Source of the DNA: a virus
Taxonomy: Duplodnaviria; Caudoviricetes
Virus record (IMG/VR): IMGVR_UViG_2832702071_000001
Span: 32,001 to 96,000 of that record
DNA: 64,000 bases
Direction: 5' to 3' (one strand)
The notes under the pieces were generated by a model that saw only the letters and a program-made list of their open reading frames with translations, did not search any database and was not told where the DNA came from. The translations under genes and the position numbers were made by a program. Shown piece by piece: positions 56,701-64,000 of the stretch. Positions within the stretch are counted from its first letter, which is position 1. Each line of letters starts with the position of its first letter.

Positions 56701-57819
56701 TTGTTTATAGAAATATCTGAAACGAACAGAAGAACTGGCAGGACACCTATTAAAATAGCAATGCATGAAATACATAAAAACATCAACGAAACTAATAAAA
56801 ATGGTATTCATTGGGATGAAACTTATACCAAACAAAACATGTCTAGCGCTTCTGGCGCTCCATTTGTCGTTGAATTTTTAGATGAAGATATGGATATGGT
56901 TGGTGGTCATGGTGATTTGAGGGTTGATGAAGATGGTAAGCCTTATTTCGAAAATTCTACTGTAGTAGGCACAATCGAGCAAGCTACTGTTGAGACAATC
57001 AACGTCAATGGTTCAGACACTCTAGTATTAATGTCTTCTGGTTATTTATACGAACAGAGATACCCTAAATTCGTTAATTGGTTAAGAGATATTAGTAAAA
57101 CACAATCGATAAGAGGATCTGTAGAGATTGGCGGTAAGCACCCTAATAATAACATATCTTATGATGGTGAATATAGCAGAGAATATAGAGTACCAAAAGA
57201 GTTTGACTATACAGGTATGGCTATCCTGTTTACAGAAACACCAGCAGATGACAACGCTATTCTAGTAGAGGTTAACCAGTTAAATAAATCAAAGGAGGAA
57301 AAAACATTGTCTGAAACTAATAATGAGAAGTTAGAAGAAAAGATCAACAAAATTAATGAGTTGAACAATGAATTAAACACAAAATCAACCAAGATCGACG
57401 AATTGCAAGTTGAGGTTAATACCAAACAAGAGGAATTAAACAGTGCAATTCAAGAATTAAAAGAAAAGAGAGAATCTTTGGAGTCACAAGAACAAGAGTT
57501 GAATGAACTTCGTGAATTTAAGAAAGAAGTTACTCAAAAGCAATTAATTTCTAAATTAGAAGCCGAATTGTCATCCTACTCTGATGAAGAAAAAAGCATC
57601 GCCAAAGATAAGATTGAAAAATTCTCTGAAGACCCAACTGAAGACAAAATTAAGAATATCGTTAACGAGATTAATTCAGAGATTGCTAAAAATCTTATTG
57701 AAAAACGGAAAGATAAAAAGCAAAAAGAGGAAAAAATTGAAAGTAACTCAATCAATGACCTATTTGGTGTTGTTGATGATATATCTAATGATGTTAAAAG
57801 TATTGAGGACTTATATTAA
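56701..57819 (+). CDS. prohead protease/scaffold (YonD-like)
   Basis: Protease-like N-domain (GGHG, GSVEI, TGMAIL) plus long coiled-coil C-terminus. Confidence 0.7.
   Translation: MFIEISETNRRTGRTPIKIAMHEIHKNINETNKNGIHWDETYTKQNMSSASGAPFVVEFLDEDMDMVGGHGDLRVDEDGKPYFENSTVVGTIEQATVETINVNGSDTLVLMSSGYLYEQRYPKFVNWLRDISKTQSIRGSVEIGGKHPNNNISYDGEYSREYRVPKEFDYTGMAILFTETPADDNAILVEVNQLNKSKEEKTLSETNNEKLEEKINKINELNNELNTKSTKIDELQVEVNTKQEELNSAIQELKEKRESLESQEQELNELREFKKEVTQKQLISKLEAELSSYSDEEKSIAKDKIEKFSEDPTEDKIKNIVNEINSEIAKNLIEKRKDKKQKEEKIESNSINDLFGVVDDISNDVKSIEDLY
57307..57819 (+). CDS. nested in-frame scaffolding protein
   Basis: AAGGAGG at 57292-57298 followed by an in-frame TTG at 57307, at the start of the coiled coil. 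Confidence 0.55.
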   Translation: MSETNNEKLEEKINKINELNNELNTKSTKIDELQVEVNTKQEELNSAIQELKEKRESLESQEQELNELREFKKEVTQKQLISKLEAELSSYSDEEKSIAKDKIEKFSEDPTEDKIKNIVNEINSEIAKNLIEKRKDKKQKEEKIESNSINDLFGVVDDISNDVKSIEDLY

Positions 57820-57871
57820 TAAATACTACTCTTATATAATTAAAATTTAAAATAAATGGAGGAATTAAGTA

Positions 57872-58348
57872 ATGTTTAATTTCGGAACTATTGGTGCTTA
57901 TAAACAAGTACGAAATAACCCACGTTGTAAAGCAACAGCAGAAACTAAGAATGGTCAAGTTGTAGTATTGGATGAAGTGAATAAAACCGCATCATTTCCG
58001 GCAGATGCCGCAGCAGCAAAGGTAGAAAATCTTTATATTGTAAATAATGCAGATGATAAGCCAGAAACTTGGACTACTAAAGATTTTGTTGTTAAAGAAG
58101 GAGAATTTTTGCGAAACTTCAGACTTGCAGATTTAGTAGATATGCCAGTTTTATTATCACATGATGTTATTTCTACTACTTACACAGACGTTGCCGCAGG
58201 AGATATTTTAGTCGCAGAAGCTGCTACAGGTAATTGGGTTAAAGCTGATGGAACAACCATTGTTGCTACTGATTACCCAATTACATTGGAAGTAGTTAGT
58301 AAAAATACATTCGGAGATCAAGGCGTCGAAGCAATCGTTCGTGCCTAA
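57872..58348 (+). CDS. head decoration/minor capsid protein (YonC-like)
   Basis: Between scaffold and capsid; Ala/Val/Thr-rich beta protein. Confidence 0.55.
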   Translation: MFNFGTIGAYKQVRNNPRCKATAETKNGQVVVLDEVNKTASFPADAAAAKVENLYIVNNADDKPETWTTKDFVVKEGEFLRNFRLADLVDMPVLLSHDVISTTYTDVAAGDILVAEAATGNWVKADGTTIVATDYPITLEVVSKNTFGDQGVEAIVRA

Positions 58349-58372
58349 TAGATAATTAATAGGAGGATTATA

Positions 58373-59452
58373 ATGTATAATATTGAATTAAACAATGCAC
58401 AAAAACACTTAGATACTAAAATTAAACAAAACTCCCCTGCTATTGAGATTTTCTCAGCGTTGGTTAAGGGAGATGACACTTCTAAATTTGGTAAAAATAC
58501 CGATAAAGTGGTTGGTCATTTAAAAGATTTAGGAGAACGAGCTTTTAAAGGTGATTTTGCTGCTAAATCAGAATTAAATGCTTTTGTTAAATTTACGATT
58601 ATGCCTAGATTACAGGAACGAATCAACCTGTTTGAATTTATGGGTAGATTTTCTCGTATTGGCTACGCTGATGCTGCGTATATCGAAAAATATAAGCACA
58701 ATACACGATCAAATCGCCAAGCGTCTCAAGGTGATGTGTCGCTTTCTACAATGGAAAAAGTAACTGAGCCACTTGGAACACACACTATTTCTGGCGGATT
58801 TGAGGTTAATTATCGTGAACTTGCCAGTGGTAATTTAACTCGAATTTCTGAAGGTATGGATCAAGTTAAAGTAGATATTTACAACAAAGCAATGCATTAT
58901 GTTATGGCTACTTTATATAACGAGATTAAAAATACTAGTGGAATTAAATATTTTGCTGAAGCAAGTGGTATTAATAAAGCAGCAGTAGACGAAAATCTGC
59001 GTAAAGTTCGTAGAAATGGTAAACCTTCAATTCTTGGCGATTATTCAGTTGTTTCTCAATTAAACGGATTCCAAGGATATGCTGATGGTGCGCCTAATGC
59101 ATATTCTGACCAAGCTTTAGAAGAAATTCGTCAGACAGGTTTACTTGGTATGTATGGTGGATCTCCTGTTATGGAAATACCGAACCAATACAACTTTAGT
59201 AAGTTAAACGCTGCTGGTGATAATTATCAAACACAACTACCAGAAGGATTATTATACTTAGTGCCTCAAGGCAACAATGGCGTCTATCCATTACAAATCG
59301 TTCAACGTGGTGATTTACAATCCGCTACTGGTATGGACATCACAACTGGTACAGAAATTACACGATTTGACCTTGAAATCGGTGCAGGTGTAGCTAATCC
59401 AGATGCAATTGGATTAATTTCTGATACAGATTTTGATGCTCCAACTGAATAA
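58373..59452 (+). CDS. major capsid protein (YonB-like)
   Basis: 359 aa; position; strong RBS; followed by a hairpin; GLLGMYGGSPV motif. Confidence 0.75.
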   Translation: MYNIELNNAQKHLDTKIKQNSPAIEIFSALVKGDDTSKFGKNTDKVVGHLKDLGERAFKGDFAAKSELNAFVKFTIMPRLQERINLFEFMGRFSRIGYADAAYIEKYKHNTRSNRQASQGDVSLSTMEKVTEPLGTHTISGGFEVNYRELASGNLTRISEGMDQVKVDIYNKAMHYVMATLYNEIKNTSGIKYFAEASGINKAAVDENLRKVRRNGKPSILGDYSVVSQLNGFQGYADGAPNAYSDQALEEIRQTGLLGMYGGSPVMEIPNQYNFSKLNAAGDNYQTQLPEGLLYLVPQGNNGVYPLQIVQRGDLQSATGMDITTGTEITRFDLEIGAGVANPDAIGLISDTDFDAPTE

Positions 59453-59481
59453 TTTTTTAATAATTATAATTTAATATAAGT

Positions 59482-59507
59482 GCAGAGTGGGGTCTCCCCT
59501 CCTCTGC
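59482..59507 (+). terminator. hairpin after the capsid gene
   Basis: GCAGAG-TGGGG...CCCCT-CCTCTGC stem. Confidence 0.6.
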
Positions 59508-59536
59508 TTATTTAGGAATAAAAGGAGAGTATTGAG

Positions 59537-62500
59537 ATGGCTGAATTAGATATGGATAAAAAAGTCGAGATTAAAAACTTATGTGACTGGGATCTGTACT
59601 TTACCCGTGTTGAGTCAAATGGTCATGTAAGAATTCCTAGAAGTGGTAAAACAAGAATTTCTCGTGCTGAAATCCAAGCTCAAGTTTTCGATAATAATAA
59701 GATGTTTGTTGGTACAGATGGAAATGGTTCACATGCTCGTATCTATGTTGAAGATAAAGAAACAAGAGATTTTCTTGAATTTGATAAAGGAAACAGCAAA
59801 CAAAAGATTCTTGATTCTGAGGCAGTTAAAAAGCTATTGGAGTTAAAAACCCAATCATCTTTTGAGAAAAACGTGAAAGAAAAGGTTAAAACAAAGGCTG
59901 AAAAAAATTATTTAATTGAAGAATCAAAACGTCAAAAATTAAATGATTTCAATAAAATTAAGTTTATTGAAGACTATACTGGCTACAAATTTGATACAAA
60001 GTAGTGATGAATTATGACTACACGAGATAATGTAATAAGTAATTTCCATACTGAATTTCAATCTCCAACTGTGTTGCCCGATGGTATTGAGGATCAATTT
60101 CTAATTAAGGCTGTCGGAGACTTTCAGTTGGATTTGTACCCCATTAGTTACTCGACTTCCACGAAAGATTTTGAGGAATCTATTTCTATCTCAGAAGAGA
60201 TACTACTGGGGAAGTTAATGTATAAACACTATTTATCTAGAGAGTTGGATAGGGTTTTAAAATTAAATAATATTGTTGGTAAAGATATCTCTCTTACTTC
60301 TATGGCTGGTAGTAAATCATCTATACAAAAAAGATACACAGAGCTGGTCGGAGAGATTGATGAAGTTATTTATAAATTGAAAGACAATACTTTTTATTAG
60401 GTAAGTAGGTAGATAAATATGTCTACAGATTGGTATTTACAAGATGTCAGGTACTTCTCTGGATATGAAAATAGCGAAATATCTGAAGCTTTTGGGTCTT
60501 TTGATGAATTTCTAGCTCAATCACCTGAGACCTACAAGGTGTTTATTAACGATAAATTGGTAGAAAAGACAATAATCATACAGTCTGAATCAGATTACAA
60601 TAAAAGGCGCATTTTATTTAAAAAAGATGATGTGCTTTGGGGAGATTTAATCACTCATGATAATGAAAAATGGCTAGTCACAGAAAGACCTTTTTTTAAC
60701 AAAATTCACAGTAAGTCTAAGATGGCATTATGTACAAACGTGTTGAGTTTTGAGGTTGATGGAGAAAGAGAAATTGTTGGTTGGACAGATTTTAATCAAC
60801 CAATATATTCAGATGAGCCAAACATTGTCACAATTGAATTCCCTTGCGTTGTTGAAGATGCGTCAGACTTAAAGTCTAATAATGAAGAAGAAGTTAATCT
60901 ACCAAATGGTGATATGGCTTTAATAATATCTTACACAGATAGCGAACAGATCACCGAAGACAGAGAATTTTCTATGTTTAATCAAACCTACAGAATTTCT
61001 GGAATCGATAAGAGTAAAACAAAGGATAGCCTAGGTGTTTTAAAGCTAGTAGTTAAGAGGGTTCAAAGCAATTAAATTAGAATGTTTGGAATGATTGGAT
61101 GGTTAATTTTAATAAATTTGCGATAGACGATACTTTTGAGTATTACAAGAATCAATTTTATAAAATTCTAAATCTATATGAAGATAATGATATGTATGGA
61201 TACATGTATGCTATCCGCATATATACTGAGTTAGAAGAATTACCTGAGTTGATACCTGAGTTAAACGATAATTATAAGTTTGTTATCGTGTTAGACAAGT
61301 TGGGAATCATTTTAAATGGGCTTATATCTTTCGATACTCCTTTACAGCTAATTAAAAATCACACATTTGAGTCTATGAATTTGCTAGATGATATACGGGG
61401 GTCGATTGAATGAATTCAAGAGATCACTTAATGGAAATATACAAAAAATTTCAAACAAGTGAAGATCTTCTGAGGTTATTGTACTATTACCCAACAGATA
61501 ATAACGGTAACTACTCAAACCCCTTGTCTCAGGATAAGCAAAATATATTAGATATGAGTCCGTTAGAAAAATTGAATATCATTAAAGATAGAATAAGATT
61601 TACAAAATCAATTGATGGTATGGGTACTGACGAAAACCATATATGTAGGATTATATTTTATGCAGGTAGAAGAAGTGTAACATCCAACAGGTTGACTATG
61701 AATCAAGACATTAATTTTGACATTATTGTTCACAGAGAATTTAATGATAACGACATGAGGTTGGAATGGATTAAAGACGTTGTTGATAAAATATTAGTCT
61801 ATGAAGATTATTCATCTTTTGGAGAAGTTAAACAACTGTCTGGAAAGGAAATTAGTGGTTTGCCAGAAGGATATATAGGATATCAATTAACTTATAATTT
61901 TGGTGATTTAATTGATAAATGAATTAAAATTGATGCATGGTGATCCTATCCCCTCTCCAAACAATAAATTTGAAGTTTTACCTCTAACAGTTGGAAATGT
62001 GAAGAATATGGGTGAACAAAAGTATTATCAATATTTAAATATATTACTGATAGACAAGAACTCGCTAAATAATTTTAATAGTGAATACATAGACAACAAT
62101 TCAATATATGGCATATTTATTAAATTAATGTCAGAAAGTATAGATATTAATTTAATGGCAATGGCTGCTCTATCAGTTTTCACATCAGAAACATTCTCGA
62201 TTCATGATAACAATCTTTATATAGTTAAATCTCGTGAAGACGGAGAATTTAAAATACCATTTACCAAAGATGACTTCTTATTCTTAAGAGATGTAGTCAA
62301 GAGGCAAAACTATATGAAAATAGAAGATGAAACATCATATAAAAATGCAAACAATAAAGTAGCAGAATTAAAAAAGAAAATGATGGAACAAAGAAAAAGA
62401 GCAATAAAAAACAATAAAGATAAAGGGCTAACCCTTTCTGAAATAGTTTCTATTACATCTTCGTATTCTCAAAATGTCACCCCATTTAATGTTTGGGATT

Positions 62501-62661
62501 TATCCATTTATGAACTATACAACCAATTTTATCGTCTTCAGATTTGGGATAATTTTCACATTATGCAATATCTATCTCCTCACATGGAGAAAGATGCAAA
62601 TAAAAATACAAAACATTGGACAACACCTGTTGATCCGAACAAATACAAGGAGGAAAATTAA
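59537..62661 (+). CDS. head completion, head-tail joining and tail-associated genes (59537-60004, 60014-60400, 60419-61075, 61099-61413, 61410-61922, 61912-62661)
   Basis: Contiguous coupled ORFs between capsid and tail tube, matching the SPbeta yonA-yomV order; individual functions inferred from position only. Confidence 0.6.
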
Positions 62662-63446
62662 TGTCTGCACCGGGATTACAATATGGTATTAAAGAAGTCC
62701 TAGACTTCTTACTGCGTGACTTTGCAACAAAAGAACCAATTACTTTAATTGATTATGCAACCGCTACATCTAACGAGACTTCTGCTGAACGAATCGATAT
62801 CAATGGTGGTCGAGGTATGCCTAAGCTGATGAGTTTTGACCATACTAAAGTATCTACATTCACATTAACACTACCATTAGTAGATTTAAAGACTTTAGCC
62901 ATGTTGGCTGGATCTGAATTAATTAATGACACAACAAAAGAATTAATTAAAACTGAAAAGGTTACTGTTACCGACAATGGTGGAACATTAGAGGCGACGC
63001 TTACAAAAGAACCAATTAACGGAGATGTAGCACTATATGTTGTTGACGGGCAACGAGATTTTGGAGAGGAAATTACAGGGGCAACTGTCGCAACATCAAC
63101 TATTACTTTTGGATCTGAGACACCAACTGTGTCAGATGGTCAAGAAGTTTGGGCTATCTATCAGTACGCTGCTCCAGCGGGTGCTAAACAAATCAGAATC
63201 ACTTCTACAAACTTTCCTAAAGCTGTTGAGATGTCTGGGTATGGTATTTGGCGTAATCAACTTGACGAAACAGATTACCCTGTTCATGTTCAAGTACACA
63301 AAGCTCGTCCACAGTCAAACTTCACGTTTACTATGGAAGGAGAAAATGCAACCAATTTGGAGCTAACCTTTGATGTATACGAAGCTACAATTGATGGTGA
63401 GAAAACTTATATTGACTATATCGTAATGGACGATCCAGACGCATAA
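62661..63446 (+). CDS. major tail tube protein
   Basis: YGIKEV N-terminus, GGRG, FTFTMEG...LELTFD beta-rich pattern; followed by a hairpin. Confidence 0.7.
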   Translation: MSAPGLQYGIKEVLDFLLRDFATKEPITLIDYATATSNETSAERIDINGGRGMPKLMSFDHTKVSTFTLTLPLVDLKTLAMLAGSELINDTTKELIKTEKVTVTDNGGTLEATLTKEPINGDVALYVVDGQRDFGEEITGATVATSTITFGSETPTVSDGQEVWAIYQYAAPAGAKQIRITSTNFPKAVEMSGYGIWRNQLDETDYPVHVQVHKARPQSNFTFTMEGENATNLELTFDVYEATIDGEKTYIDYIVMDDPDA

Positions 63447-63527
63447 TTTAATTAATTATAATTTAATATAAATTGGTGAGGGGTTACTCCCCTCCCTCTT
63501 ATATCTAAGGAATGAAAGGATGATTAT

Positions 63528-64000
63528 ATGTCTAAAAAGCTACCAATGTCTAAGGTAAAGAAGGAAGCAAAAAAACTTGATGAGATTGTTGTCATACCGT
63601 TTGATATATATGATGAAAATGAAGAGAAAAGATTTGAATATCAAGTTCAATTTAAGCCCTTCTTTAGCAATAGAAATATACAAAATGCAATTAAGGATTT
63701 ACGAGATTCTCTTGTTGGTTTTAAAAAATATGGTATTGAATTAAGTGATGAGTTAATCTATCCCCTGCTATCTTATTATGTAATTAAAAATCAGAGCGAT
63801 CTATCTACTCCAAATAAGAATGACTACAAGAATGAAGAAAATTTTTATAAAGCTGAAGAGCAATTCTTTTATGCTTTATATGATACGGGATACATTAAGA
63901 CAATCACAGACTATTTTGTAGAGGAAGAATGGTCTAAGGTAGTTCAAAGCACGATTCAAGTTGTGCAAGCTGATGAAAAAATAAAAAAACAGTTTAGTCA
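63528..64000 (+). CDS. probable tail assembly chaperone (truncated by window end)
   Basis: AAAGGA RBS, ATG 63528, frame appears open to the window end; position after the tail tube. Confidence 0.5.
   Translation, partial: MSKKLPMSKVKKEAKKLDEIVVIPFDIYDENEEKRFEYQVQFKPFFSNRNIQNAIKDLRDSLVGFKKYGIELSDELIYPLLSYYVIKNQSDLSTPNKNDYKNEENFYKAEEQFFYALYDTGYIKTITDYFVEEEWSKVVQSTIQVVQADEKIKKQFS

Overview
The whole window is part of a large, AT-rich SPbeta-like temperate phage or prophage of a Bacillaceae host. No host genes or att junction are visible. Bases 1 to ~46.3 kb are transcribed leftwards. They carry many short accessory genes (including Tad1-like and Apyc1-like anti-defence genes, two macrodomains and a DNA methyltransferase), a yorF/yorG-like recombination module, an arbitrium locus (aimR-aimP), a catalytically degenerate MrpR/YopR-like integrase-fold protein, a SNF2 helicase, a YonV-like NTPase and an intact tyrosine recombinase. 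From ~46.5 kb transcription is rightwards: YonO-like single-subunit RNA polymerase, PhoH, terminase, portal, protease/scaffold, capsid, head-tail and tail-tube genes. The most striking signal is non-coding. About 50 palindromic sites WTAAAA-N6-TTTTAW, with a fixed-length but variable 6-bp spacer, sit at the junctions between the small accessory genes. This divides the region into RBS-ORF-site units that look like an integron-like gene-cassette array in a phage. Two further dispersed motifs are present (TAATTATAATTTAATATA, ~25 copies; TATAACAG-N11-TATCGCTA, 7 copies), along with an SOS box at the aimX position, an orphan consensus promoter and a candidate structured RNA upstream of the terminase. 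All family assignments are by eye from motifs, recalled sequences and synteny; no database searches were run.
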